Source of the DNA: a virus
Lineage: Duplodnaviria > Caudoviricetes
IMG/VR virus record: IMGVR_UViG_3300031454_000004
Coordinates: 1-57,960 of that record
Reading direction: 5' to 3' (one strand)
Length of the DNA: 57,960 nt
Positions 8,681 through 18,741 of the stretch are shown here, piece after piece. A program made the position numbers and the translations under genes. A model generated the notes under the pieces. It was given only the letters and a program-made list of their open reading frames with translations, was not told the origin of the DNA and did no database searches. Positions within the stretch are counted from its first letter, which is position 1. Each line of letters begins with the position of its first letter.

Positions 8681-9789
8681 TGGCCGACTTTAAAATAACA
8701 ATGGCAAGCACCCGCAAAAACGAAGGCGGCTATTGGAGCGATGCCGGTGGAACCTATGCAGGCATCACAAAAAAATATTATCCCAACTGGCCCGGCTTTG
8801 CACGAATAAGAGAACTGCAGGTAAAACAATTTGGAGGCAGGCCAATACCACGCTATACTATATTTAACGATGCTGTGTTAGAGCAAATGGTTACTGATTT
8901 TTATAAACAACAGTTTTGGACTCCCAAGCTTAACGGTGACAAAATAAACAATCAAACCATTGCCGATTTTTTGTACGACTTCATCCTGCACAAAGAAGGT
9001 GATGCAGTAACCATAATCAACAACACTGCAAAGCTTCTGCGGCCAACTGTAAAAACAAACCGGTATAGTGTATCGGATGATGTGGTGGCGGTAATCAATG
9101 GATCATCAAAAATATTTTATGCTACAGTTTGGGCTGCACGTATCAACTACTATTTAAGCGGCCGCACCCTTCGCGGTGATCAACGGTTTGGAAAGCCAAA
9201 CATTGCGCAATTTGTAGCACGTACAAAAACATTCCCACCGGCATTAACCAATGTATCGGGTATTGCAGGCATAGGCAGTATTCTATCAGAAACAGCATTG
9301 CTGCCGAAAATTATAGCTGAAGAAGTGGCAGTAAATTTTCCTGGTCAGGATTACAACACACTTGCGAAATTTTTAGCAGCAAAAGCAAACAGGCTGTTTA
9401 ATACCAATCCTCGTTTTAATCAATTAATAAAAAGCAGAGGCAACAAAGGTCGCGATGCTTTATATGCCTTCATGCAACATTGGGCGCAGGCAAAAATTTC
9501 TGAAGGTATTGCAGGCATAGGCTCTTTTACCCAAAAGAGTGTAAAAGAAATTTTACTTCAATCAGGTTTTAACACGCCTACAAAAGATGCAGTTGTTGCA
9601 TATAGCAACGTTTCTAAAATAGTGGATTCGATAGTAACACAATTTCCTGATGCAAAACTAAAACAGGAAAAAGGCCATGCTATTATCACTTACAATAAGG
9701 GGCGCGGTATGTCTAAAATAGCATTGTTCCCAGGCGTGGAAAAAATTATCAATCAATCTTTTTTTGAAGCAAAATACCGCAATGCTTAA
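8680..9789 (+). CDS. GH108-type lysozyme with two appended C-terminal modules
   Basis: N-terminal EGGY...GGTYAGIT motif; the appended modules are separated by GIAGIGS repeats. Confidence 0.7.
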   Translation: MADFKITMASTRKNEGGYWSDAGGTYAGITKKYYPNWPGFARIRELQVKQFGGRPIPRYTIFNDAVLEQMVTDFYKQQFWTPKLNGDKINNQTIADFLYDFILHKEGDAVTIINNTAKLLRPTVKTNRYSVSDDVVAVINGSSKIFYATVWAARINYYLSGRTLRGDQRFGKPNIAQFVARTKTFPPALTNVSGIAGIGSILSETALLPKIIAEEVAVNFPGQDYNTLAKFLAAKANRLFNTNPRFNQLIKSRGNKGRDALYAFMQHWAQAKISEGIAGIGSFTQKSVKEILLQSGFNTPTKDAVVAYSNVSKIVDSIVTQFPDAKLKQEKGHAIITYNKGRGMSKIALFPGVEKIINQSFFEAKYRNA

Positions 9790-9794
9790 AACCA

Positions 9795-10340
9795 ATGTCA
9801 ACCGCACCAATACCATACGCATCAATAAAACTCTCCACTTCAGCGCTCGAAAAATTAAAAGTGTTGGAAGGCTACAGCTCTACACCCTACTGGGATTATA
9901 AGCAATGGAGTATTGGCTACGGCTCTTATGCAGGCAGCACCGACCGCACCAAACGCCCGGTAATAAATATTACCAAAGACCATGCTGCCAAACTTTTAAT
10001 TAAGCAGGTAGAAAGTTTTGAGGCACAACTTAAACCACTGTTGAAGGTTGCCTTAACACCGCCGCAATGGGATGCTGTTGTATTGTTTATTTACAACTTA
10101 GGCACCGGCATACTTACAAAGCCATCAGCAACCTATGGCGTTAACCTTTTGCACGATCTTAATACTAAAAATTTTAGCCGCTTTGCCGAACGCATGAAAC
10201 GATACATATATGCCGGTGGTATAGTTAACGAAGACCTGGTAAAACGCCGCATATATGAAAGCAGCCTGTTTGCCGGTGCAACTGCTGCAGGTTTTGGGCT
10301 GGCTGGCATCTTACTTTTTTTTTCTTCATTAATGAGTTAG
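9795..10340 (+). CDS. GH24 (T4/P21-like) lysozyme with C-terminal hydrophobic anchor
   Basis: LEG...PYWD...SIGYG, QWDAVVLFIYNLG, LVKRRIYE; C-terminal AAGFGLAGILLFF. Confidence 0.85.
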   Translation: MSTAPIPYASIKLSTSALEKLKVLEGYSSTPYWDYKQWSIGYGSYAGSTDRTKRPVINITKDHAAKLLIKQVESFEAQLKPLLKVALTPPQWDAVVLFIYNLGTGILTKPSATYGVNLLHDLNTKNFSRFAERMKRYIYAGGIVNEDLVKRRIYESSLFAGATAAGFGLAGILLFFSSLMS

Positions 10341-10344
10341 ACAA

Positions 10345-10650
10345 ATGAAAATAATTACCAACACAACCATTACACAAATAGGCGCCCACGGATCCATAAA
10401 ACCTAAATCGCCACTGTGGAGCATATATAACGATGGCGATAGCGTAATGGTGATAAACAACATCTTTAAACGCAAACCGGGCGAACAGTTCGGTATTGAT
10501 GTTACATCCATCGTACCGGCAGATGCAGCGTTTGAAAACGAAACAGTATTTGATATAAGGTTCATTACAGAATGGGAGGGTGTGCATCCCAACTTTGCCG
10601 AAAAATTGAAGAGCGCCCAACTAATTGAAACAACGTTTACGATAAAATAA
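10345..10650 (+). CDS. Small beta-rich hypothetical structural protein
   Basis: 101 aa ORF in the operon. Confidence 0.5.
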   Translation: MKIITNTTITQIGAHGSIKPKSPLWSIYNDGDSVMVINNIFKRKPGEQFGIDVTSIVPADAAFENETVFDIRFITEWEGVHPNFAEKLKSAQLIETTFTIK

Positions 10651-10658
10651 AAACAGTC

Positions 10659-11006
10659 ATGGGCTACTTATTTGGAGGAGGAGGATCATCAGCGCCATCA
10701 GCACCTGCCCAGGTTACTGTTATTAATGTACAGGGCGGCGGCGATAGCACTGTTGTAACACTGCCCGCAGGCACCACTTCATTAGATGTAACCAACAGCC
10801 ATGTAAACTGGATTTTGGTAAAAGACCCCGATACAACTTTTCGCATAGGCCTTACTGCAGGCGGTAGTGAGATAGCTTACAACCAGGACATTGCAGGCTT
10901 TTGGGATTTTACGATCAACCAATATTTTGAAGGCGCAAACACATTGTATTTTACCGGAGTTACAACGCAAACACAAATTAAAATTTCTAAGGTCAATGTA
11001 CAATAA
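10659..11006 (+). CDS. Small beta-rich protein, candidate vertex/penton or spike adaptor
   Basis: 115 aa, alternating beta pattern, immediately upstream of the spikes. Confidence 0.45.
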   Translation: MGYLFGGGGSSAPSAPAQVTVINVQGGGDSTVVTLPAGTTSLDVTNSHVNWILVKDPDTTFRIGLTAGGSEIAYNQDIAGFWDFTINQYFEGANTLYFTGVTTQTQIKISKVNVQ

Positions 11007-14000
11007 GCTAAAAATACTGATACTGCTTTCATTTTTTGCAGCTGCATCTTATGCGCAAAAAAGCAGTTCATCGGTTGGTAAAATAGATGTAACAACAGGG
11101 TTAACCGTTCGTGGCAGAACGGTTAATCCGGTGCTGAAGGGAACGGTAGCACAGCTTCGCACATCTTCCGGCAACTTCGATAATTATACAACAACAGAAC
11201 CAGGCAGAGAGGGTAACTGGTTTTACGATGCAACCGATGTAACAAGTGCAGATAATGGCGGTACTGTAATAGTTACCACACAAGGCAAGCGGCTAAAACG
11301 CGTTTTCGATAAAGGACAATTAAATGTAAGATGGTTTGGCGCAAAAGGCGATGGAACAACAAACGACCGTACAGCACTGCAGGCTGCTTTTGATGTATTA
11401 AAAAATACGATTGATGCAGGTACATACGGCGCAAGCACACCTGCAGCAAATGGTGAGCTAAGGGTATTTATTCCGCGTGGAATTTATAAAATTATTGGTG
11501 AGCTCAATGCTTATTGCGGAATGCTTATAGAAGGCGAAAGCGCCGGGGCTATAAATGTTACTGCAATTGTGCAGTACGATAATACAAAGCCATGCATACA
11601 ATTTCATCCTAAAAATTATACCGGTACCTCTGTTACAAACAACAGCAATGGCATTAACACCATTCGCAATATTGCTTTTAGATCGGCAACGGTTAACGAT
11701 GCTGCTGAAAATGCACCGTTGATAAAGTTTATGTCGCCGCAACAGTCAACCGCTTACTTTAATTACCCTGGCGATTCGCCTGCAGGTTATGTTGGTCATG
11801 TTGATACTGAACTGGAAAATGTATGGTTTCAATTTTCGGCAGGCTTTGCAGTACAATCAACTGAGGGAAGTTGCAGCCTGGTATTTCGGGGCTGTACCTT
11901 CGATGTGGTTCGGGGCGGCATACAACACACCGGCAGTGCAGGCGGATCGTTAAGAATTTACGACAGTTACTTTTACCAGTGCGTACGTGGAGCCATAGAT
12001 ATTAGAACAACTTCCGGTTATTCGGTTACCTGTGCTAATTCACAGTTTCTTGCGTGCGGCCACCCTTTCGATGGCAACGCACTGTACAGGTCGGCCATTA
12101 CCATTAAAAACCAGTTGAAAGGCGACAATGTAAATTTCAACAACAATAACTTTAAAAGTTTCGATATTGACGGGACCATGTTTGGCGGCCCTTTGGAGTT
12201 TGATAATATAGAAGCCCTCAACATTAACAACAACAGTGTTTTTGGTGTTGATGCACAAGACACGTACAAAGCCTTGCTTATACGCAGGGCGGACGTGGCT
12301 AAGGTAAGCGGCAACTATTTTTCTTCTCCGGTTGCAATTACCGCCGGTAGTTCGCGAATGCTTTATTTGGTAAACCCTACCGGGTACAAGTCGTTATCCG
12401 TTACCGGCAACACTTTTGAAAACACCGGCACCGGCACTTTAGAAAGCTTTGTAGGCAGCGATTACACCTTACTACCAAACGCTGCAAACTTTATTGGTAA
12501 TAAGTATTTGGGCAATGCAATGGGATTTTTAAATGCTGCAGTAAACCAAAGCCTTATAGTTGACAATGATAGCACGTCACTGTCTGTTACTAATACCGTT
12601 ACATCCGCCGGATTTGTAAAAAGATTAGAAGCTACTCCAAATACATTTGCAAATAGTTCTACAGTGTTTCAAAACGCTATTGATGAACTAAGTGCCAAAG
12701 GCGGCGGGCAGTTGTTTATTCCTGCTGGTACATACCGGGCTAATATAGTGCTTAAAAAGAACGTTGATCTTGTTGGTGAGCAATTTGGCAAAACAATCAT
12801 TAAAGCAGCTGATAGTACAATTGATGTAATTCAGGGATACAATTTTTCAAGCCTTTCGGGTAAGGCAAATGGAGCCGGTGATTATTTGTTAGGAACGTAT
12901 AACAACCGGCTCGAAAATTTGGTAATAGATGGCGGAAGCAAAACAAACGGAAATTATGGGATAAGGATTTGGGGGCACAAGTTCACCTTTAATAATATTA
13001 TTGTTCAAAACTGCGGGATGGATGGCATCTGGACAGAATATTCCACTTATGAAGATGCAACAACAGCTACAGTTACCGATAAATTATTTGAAGGAAACTA
13101 TACTAATATATGGGTTTATAATAACGGCAGGCACGGCTGGACATACAGAGGGCCACATGATAGTCATCTAATCAATTTTACGGCTTTGGGCAATGGAGGA
13201 TGGGCAATGCGGATTGAGGGCAATGGTGGACTAAGCGGCAGTGGTTGGAACAGTTATCAAAACGACATTGGAAGCTTTTATATTGGCGGCCCTGTAACTG
13301 CTACAGATGTAATTGCAAGTGGTTCTAATGTTGGTACAGGTATTGAGTTTGCGGAAGGTGTCGGCTCATGTAAAATTCAGCATTTGCAAACCGGCGGTCA
13401 CATAAACAATCTTATATTAAGAGGCTCAAATAATATTATTGAGGGTGATATAAGCAATGGTACAACAGCTATAACAATAGATGGCGCGATTAATTGCAAG
13501 GTGGATGTTAACGTAAATAATGTTACCAGTGTTTTTAACAGGATACTTGAAAATGGTGTAAATAGCTTTACTGTAAGAGTTCAAGGCTATACCACTTTTA
13601 ATAGCGGTACAGCATTTAACGGTGTGGATTATATGCATTTTTCCGACATTTTAAATTATAATAATTCAATTTTTAATACCGGAAGTAAAACATCCAGTTT
13701 TACAATGGAGCCACTAACTACGAACACTTATGATTTTGGTTCTGCATCAAAAATTTGGCGAAATGTTTATGGTAAAAATGTGTTGGCGGATAGCATTAAT
13801 ACGAATAAGATAAAGGTAAACGGAACTGCTTCTTTCGACTTATTAAGTTCAAATAATTTGGTTATAACCAAGCCTGCGGGTGATGTAAGCGCAACATTAA
13901 ATTCAGCTTCTAACGCTCAGATTATACTAAATGGCGGAAGTCAGACAAGTTTAAAGGGCTTAGCCCTGCTTACCGCCGGTGTACAAAATTGGGGAATATA

Positions 14001-16053
14001 TGGTGGAGAGGCTGGAGGGGATTTAACGGTTTCGCGTTATGGCAGTACTTCAAATTATTTAGGTTCTCCTTTAAAAATAAGCCTTGCAACGGGCGATATT
14101 ACATTAGGCACTACAAGAACTATCACACAACCGGTTGGAAACAATTCAACTTTATCTGCAACAACAGAATATGTTGACAGAGCAGTTGGCAGTGTTGCAG
14201 GCAGCGGCGGTACTGGAGGTACAAGTATTAACGATGCATCAGCTTCAACAACAACAACTTATTCTGGTACAAAAATAGAAAATCTTATTTCAGCAATACC
14301 AGCAGGCGGCGGCAGTGGAATAACAACATCACAATTACATGACACCGCACAAATACTTAGGAGCGAATATCCTACCTCTGTTGATCTTTATCACACCGAT
14401 ACATACTTTAAAGGTAATTACACAGCAGTAAACCCCTTTGATATGGATACGGCTTCTTTGCGGTTATTTGTGCTTAGGAATGCACCCGAAGGCGGTGGAG
14501 GCAGCGTAAGCGGAGTAACAGCACAACAGTTGCATGATACCGCAGATGCAGTGAGAGCAGAAATGCCTAACAGCGTTGACATTTACCGCGATAGTTTTTT
14601 GCTTCGCGGATCGTTTACCCAGGCCAGCCCTCTTAGGATTGACAGTGGTCAGCTTGAGCAGTTTGTAGCGCGACATCCTTATGGCGGAGGGAATGGTACA
14701 ATTGATAGCATAAGGGTATTGTCTACTTTACCAGCCACAGGAAATATTTATTTTAATTCACTTTCACATAAAATAGGAGTGCGTAATCCTTCGGGCACGC
14801 ATTGGTTATACTTCTCCGCATCTGATAGTGTTGCAATCGCTGCCGGTAATTCACCACCAAGTAATCCACCTCCCACAGGCGTTAACTACGGGCAATATTC
14901 AGACAGGATTGAACCTGCTTACACTTCTTTTTCTAATTACGAAAGCGTACCTGCAGGAGCTGATAACTTAATAAATATACACGCTAATAATGGGCCGTAC
15001 GCTGGCGGTACCGGTGATATAATTATAGAGAACAGGCATATTCAACAGACAAACGCTACAGGAAGTATTATTTGGGCTTACATGCCTAAAAGTTATGGAA
15101 GAAAAGTGATAATAAGGAACTGCGTTTTTGCAAGCAGCAGCGCATGGGATTTTATATATGCGAGCGATGATACTGAAATTGAGATTTACAATTGCAGGTT
15201 TTATGGCACTTCGCCATTAGGTACTTCAAAGCCCAGGTCTATATATGGTTATCATCCTTATAGCGTTAAGGTAACAAACTGTTACTTCGAGCAGACTGGC
15301 GGAGGTGTAGCAATAAATGGGTGGAGTACAACAGCAGGCGGAACATTGCAAGTGACACTTAATAAGATAAAAAATATAGATGGTATAGGTTCGTCCGATT
15401 TCCGACAGTTTATGACCGTACAACATGTCGAAGAAGTGCCTAATCAGTTAATTGAGTGGAACCAGGTAATCAATAAGCCAGACAGTTCAAGGGTTGAGGA
15501 CAATATTAACATAGGTTCTTCATCCGGCACTTCAGCATCACCGCTTACTATTCAGAATAATTATATACAGGGTGCTTATCCTTACCCTGCTGCAAGCGGT
15601 AATTTTAGCGGAACAGGTATGACTACAGATGCAACAGATGCAAACGCACCTATGGTAAGTTTACCTCATAATATTCATGCGACAAAAAATCAATGGATAA
15701 ACACCCTTAATGCAGGTATGAACATAGCGGCAGGCTATAATGTACTTTATGATGATAACGATATAGTAAGTTCTGCATCCTTACCAAATGGAACACCGCT
15801 GGCGGGTTCAAGCAACGCTGTAGCAATATTTCGGGGTCAGCCATACCCTAATGACCGTTTCTTCAATAATCGGATCATTAACAACAGAATAAACTTTAGA
15901 CCAAGCGCATATTACAGAAGTGAAAGCTTAACCGAAGGCAACACACTTAATACTTATGCCACAAACGCTACTTATGCAGATGAGGTGCAACAATATAATA
16001 ACTGGAAACAAAAATTAAACACTAACCAAAAGCGTATAGGTGCGCTCGACTAA
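10996..16053 (+). CDS. Large multi-domain beta-helix (pectate lyase 3-like) spike/depolymerase with signal peptide
   Basis: Likely start MYNKLKILILLSFFAAASYAQ at 10996; NVRWFGAKGDGTTNDRTALQAA and FQNAID..GGGQLFIPAGTY beta-helix starts; Gly-rich linkers; two ~55 aa QLHDTA repeats. Confidence 0.8.
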   Translation: MYNKLKILILLSFFAAASYAQKSSSSVGKIDVTTGLTVRGRTVNPVLKGTVAQLRTSSGNFDNYTTTEPGREGNWFYDATDVTSADNGGTVIVTTQGKRLKRVFDKGQLNVRWFGAKGDGTTNDRTALQAAFDVLKNTIDAGTYGASTPAANGELRVFIPRGIYKIIGELNAYCGMLIEGESAGAINVTAIVQYDNTKPCIQFHPKNYTGTSVTNNSNGINTIRNIAFRSATVNDAAENAPLIKFMSPQQSTAYFNYPGDSPAGYVGHVDTELENVWFQFSAGFAVQSTEGSCSLVFRGCTFDVVRGGIQHTGSAGGSLRIYDSYFYQCVRGAIDIRTTSGYSVTCANSQFLACGHPFDGNALYRSAITIKNQLKGDNVNFNNNNFKSFDIDGTMFGGPLEFDNIEALNINNNSVFGVDAQDTYKALLIRRADVAKVSGNYFSSPVAITAGSSRMLYLVNPTGYKSLSVTGNTFENTGTGTLESFVGSDYTLLPNAANFIGNKYLGNAMGFLNAAVNQSLIVDNDSTSLSVTNTVTSAGFVKRLEATPNTFANSSTVFQNAIDELSAKGGGQLFIPAGTYRANIVLKKNVDLVGEQFGKTIIKAADSTIDVIQGYNFSSLSGKANGAGDYLLGTYNNRLENLVIDGGSKTNGNYGIRIWGHKFTFNNIIVQNCGMDGIWTEYSTYEDATTATVTDKLFEGNYTNIWVYNNGRHGWTYRGPHDSHLINFTALGNGGWAMRIEGNGGLSGSGWNSYQNDIGSFYIGGPVTATDVIASGSNVGTGIEFAEGVGSCKIQHLQTGGHINNLILRGSNNIIEGDISNGTTAITIDGAINCKVDVNVNNVTSVFNRILENGVNSFTVRVQGYTTFNSGTAFNGVDYMHFSDILNYNNSIFNTGSKTSSFTMEPLTTNTYDFGSASKIWRNVYGKNVLADSINTNKIKVNGTASFDLLSSNNLVITKPAGDVSATLNSASNAQIILNGGSQTSLKGLALLTAGVQNWGIYGGEAGGDLTVSRYGSTSNYLGSPLKISLATGDITLGTTRTITQPVGNNSTLSATTEYVDRAVGSVAGSGGTGGTSINDASASTTTTYSGTKIENLISAIPAGGGSGITTSQLHDTAQILRSEYPTSVDLYHTDTYFKGNYTAVNPFDMDTASLRLFVLRNAPEGGGGSVSGVTAQQLHDTADAVRAEMPNSVDIYRDSFLLRGSFTQASPLRIDSGQLEQFVARHPYGGGNGTIDSIRVLSTLPATGNIYFNSLSHKIGVRNPSGTHWLYFSASDSVAIAAGNSPPSNPPPTGVNYGQYSDRIEPAYTSFSNYESVPAGADNLINIHANNGPYAGGTGDIIIENRHIQQTNATGSIIWAYMPKSYGRKVIIRNCVFASSSAWDFIYASDDTEIEIYNCRFYGTSPLGTSKPRSIYGYHPYSVKVTNCYFEQTGGGVAINGWSTTAGGTLQVTLNKIKNIDGIGSSDFRQFMTVQHVEEVPNQLIEWNQVINKPDSSRVEDNINIGSSSGTSASPLTIQNNYIQGAYPYPAASGNFSGTGMTTDATDANAPMVSLPHNIHATKNQWINTLNAGMNIAAGYNVLYDDNDIVSSASLPNGTPLAGSSNAVAIFRGQPYPNDRFFNNRIINNRINFRPSAYYRSESLTEGNTLNTYATNATYADEVQQYNNWKQKLNTNQKRIGALD

Positions 16054-16066
16054 AAAATATATTACA

Positions 16067-18514
16067 ATGAAAAGAACACTATTAATTTTATTCGCATTTG
16101 CATCTTTGCAAAGCTATGCGCAATCTAATGTGCCTTTAAAAAAACAAAATGGGAAAACGGTAGAACAGGGTACGAATATAACTATACCTTCTATCAGATT
16201 ATTACAGTCAGATGGCACTTTGCCTTCTTCGAGAGTGCCCGGATTATCTACAAGCCTATCCAATAAACAAAATGTTTTACAATCAGGTGTAAATATTAAA
16301 ACCATCAATGGTTCTCCTGTTTTGGGTTCAGGGGATATATCTATTAGCGGCAGTGGAACTATTGACCCTACACCCGTAAGTGGAAGCAATAACGCAGTTA
16401 GTTCAGGCGGGGTATATTCAGCGATAGCAAATTCAAGTTCATCAACCACACCAGCAGAGAGCGCAATGGCTGACATTAGAGATTTTGGAGCAATACCAAA
16501 CGATAATCTTGACGACAGCAAAGCAATTAATGCAGCTATTTTATTCGCAATGAGTAATCCTGCAAGAAAGAGCAGTTATGTACTCATTCCCGAAGGAACA
16601 TGGTATCAGGATAGCGTTACAATTCATTTGGGTTATGGAAATGCAGCTTTAGGTAATAATGGATATGCCAATGTGGTACTGCATGGTGTAGGTGCATCTT
16701 ACGACCCTAATTTTACCGGCAGCCGTTTGATATGCCGCTTCGATGATAAGCCTGGTATTAATTTTCAGGGGCTTAGGGATGGGGGTGTAGAAGATATATA
16801 CTATCGTGGCATGAACACTATACCCGAAGGTTATTTTGGCGATAACGAATTGATGTACCGAAAACAGGCATTTGATGCCAATGATATTTACGGGCTGCAA
16901 AGCGATAGCTCTATAACAATGGGTAGATACAGAGGTAATTTTGCCATAACTATTGGAGCGTACGGTTCAGTGCCTTCTACAGTAGGTAGGTTTACTAATG
17001 CACCCTATGGTTATGGTATGGCACCTAACAGTAAATTCTTTATACGAAATTGTGTAATAACTCAATGGGTTGCAGGTATTGTTATTGACCCATCGGGTAC
17101 TGATGGCAATAATGATTTTGGGGATATTAGAAATAATATTATTTCGCGCTGCAAGTGGTCTGTTTCATCTGGTGCAACTCAAAACCGTATGAATGACATT
17201 ACCAGTTGCCAGTTAGATGGCGGCTACGAACTAATAACAACTTCGAGACATGGTAAACAGCAGGGCAGAATTAACAGTGTTACATATACCCATGTTCAAG
17301 GTAACACGATGTTTTTTATTCTTGACATGGCTACAAACGGCCCGATTGGTATTGCGTATGTATATGGTGAACAAATTAATAGTCTTGGTTTTATAGGAGT
17401 TCCGGCAACAAGTGCAGGTACAGCAAATTTTACCAGTTGCAATTTTTATTTTAATCACGAGATATATGGTAATGTGCCAACAAAGATTTTTTCATCCTAC
17501 AAAGCAAGCTTTACCAATTGTATATTATCGGGTTTAACACTTAATATGGAAATTGCTCATTCGAGTGGTGAAATAGTTATGAGAAGTACAGATATTAATA
17601 TTTATGCTTCAAACCAGTATAATAGTGTTCTTAATTGGTACTCCGGCAATCAGGCTATCGTAGATATTTTTGACAGGAAGTACCTCAATCATCCTATACA
17701 TATTTTTGGGGCAGGAAAGTTAATAATTGAGCCAGGATGTAAAGTTGTTCTTGACAGGCATCCTAATGGTGGTATTGATTATAAGTTTTATGATGTGATA
17801 GGTAGCAACACTTATCGTTACGTACAGTCGAGAAGCACGCCTGGTACAACAGGAATTATGGGCGATTATTTATACAGGTCAAAGTCTTTGGGTTTATCTG
17901 AAATTTCCAACAGAACATTTACTGGCTTAAAGTTCACTGGCACTATTAATAATTTTGGTACTGCCTTAGCTACATCGTTAGCACAACCCGGTGATGTTTT
18001 AGATTTTAAGGCATACCAGGCCGAAGTTATGATTACTAAAAGAGGTACTGCTGATGGCCTTGCAAGTGCTAATGCCATAGAAGGAGTTTTAATGAATGGA
18101 TTTAATTACGACAATAACGGTTTTGTTAGCTATAAGTTTAATGCTGCAGAACTTACATCAGCAAGCGGACAGGGAGACTTCTTTTGGTGGAACAATAGCT
18201 GGTACGATAACGACCCATATTACTTTCGTTCACTTGCACTTGTAGGTTCATTATCTGGCAATGTGGTTTCAAACGTTGTTTACGCACATCAGGCGGATGA
18301 TAATAATACCACTCCAGGAATACGATTTAAGAATGGGTCAATTATTCAATATTATACTTACTCCGGTTCACCCGATGTAAGAACTTCTATCATGGGTAGT
18401 GCGAAAGTGCTATCAACTTCTGCGGCGACTGTAACCCTTGAAGCATCTACAATGACTAATGGTTTAAGCGGGCAGGTATTAATTTTCAACAGGTATCCTT
18501 ATCAGATTAAATAA
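16067..18514 (+). CDS. Second beta-helix spike/depolymerase with signal peptide
   Basis: MKRTLLILFAFASLQSYAQ; LQSGVNIKTING..LGSGDI fibre motif; IRDFGAIPNDNLDDSKAINAA..LIPEGTW. Confidence 0.8.
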   Translation: MKRTLLILFAFASLQSYAQSNVPLKKQNGKTVEQGTNITIPSIRLLQSDGTLPSSRVPGLSTSLSNKQNVLQSGVNIKTINGSPVLGSGDISISGSGTIDPTPVSGSNNAVSSGGVYSAIANSSSSTTPAESAMADIRDFGAIPNDNLDDSKAINAAILFAMSNPARKSSYVLIPEGTWYQDSVTIHLGYGNAALGNNGYANVVLHGVGASYDPNFTGSRLICRFDDKPGINFQGLRDGGVEDIYYRGMNTIPEGYFGDNELMYRKQAFDANDIYGLQSDSSITMGRYRGNFAITIGAYGSVPSTVGRFTNAPYGYGMAPNSKFFIRNCVITQWVAGIVIDPSGTDGNNDFGDIRNNIISRCKWSVSSGATQNRMNDITSCQLDGGYELITTSRHGKQQGRINSVTYTHVQGNTMFFILDMATNGPIGIAYVYGEQINSLGFIGVPATSAGTANFTSCNFYFNHEIYGNVPTKIFSSYKASFTNCILSGLTLNMEIAHSSGEIVMRSTDINIYASNQYNSVLNWYSGNQAIVDIFDRKYLNHPIHIFGAGKLIIEPGCKVVLDRHPNGGIDYKFYDVIGSNTYRYVQSRSTPGTTGIMGDYLYRSKSLGLSEISNRTFTGLKFTGTINNFGTALATSLAQPGDVLDFKAYQAEVMITKRGTADGLASANAIEGVLMNGFNYDNNGFVSYKFNAAELTSASGQGDFFWWNNSWYDNDPYYFRSLALVGSLSGNVVSNVVYAHQADDNNTTPGIRFKNGSIIQYYTYSGSPDVRTSIMGSAKVLSTSAATVTLEASTMTNGLSGQVLIFNRYPYQIK

Positions 18515-18711
18515 TGATTAAGAAAATACAAACCACATCAGTTATAGAGGGAACAGACACAGAACCATCTATAAGCATTCAGGAAACAAAGACCTGGTTG
18601 TTTGGCTTAATGGTGTACAAAGAAGTTGTGCGGGATTACACTGAAACGAAGGGATATTTTTTAGGTGTATTGGTTTACAAGGCATACATATATGATAATA
18701 CTTTTTCTTAA
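18514..18711 (+). CDS. Small hypothetical protein with internal repeat
   Basis: ETKTWLFGLMVYK / ETKGYFLGVLVYK. Confidence 0.55.
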   Translation: MIKKIQTTSVIEGTDTEPSISIQETKTWLFGLMVYKEVVRDYTETKGYFLGVLVYKAYIYDNTFS

Positions 18712-18741
18712 GCAAATCTTTTGCGCCAATTGCACGCACAA

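Noticed and set aside
10891-10995. ORF-track starts at 10891, 16040, 48187 and 48776
   Set aside because: They overlap upstream genes. Downstream ATGs (10996, 16067, 48238, 48839) give signal peptides or normal gene coupling.
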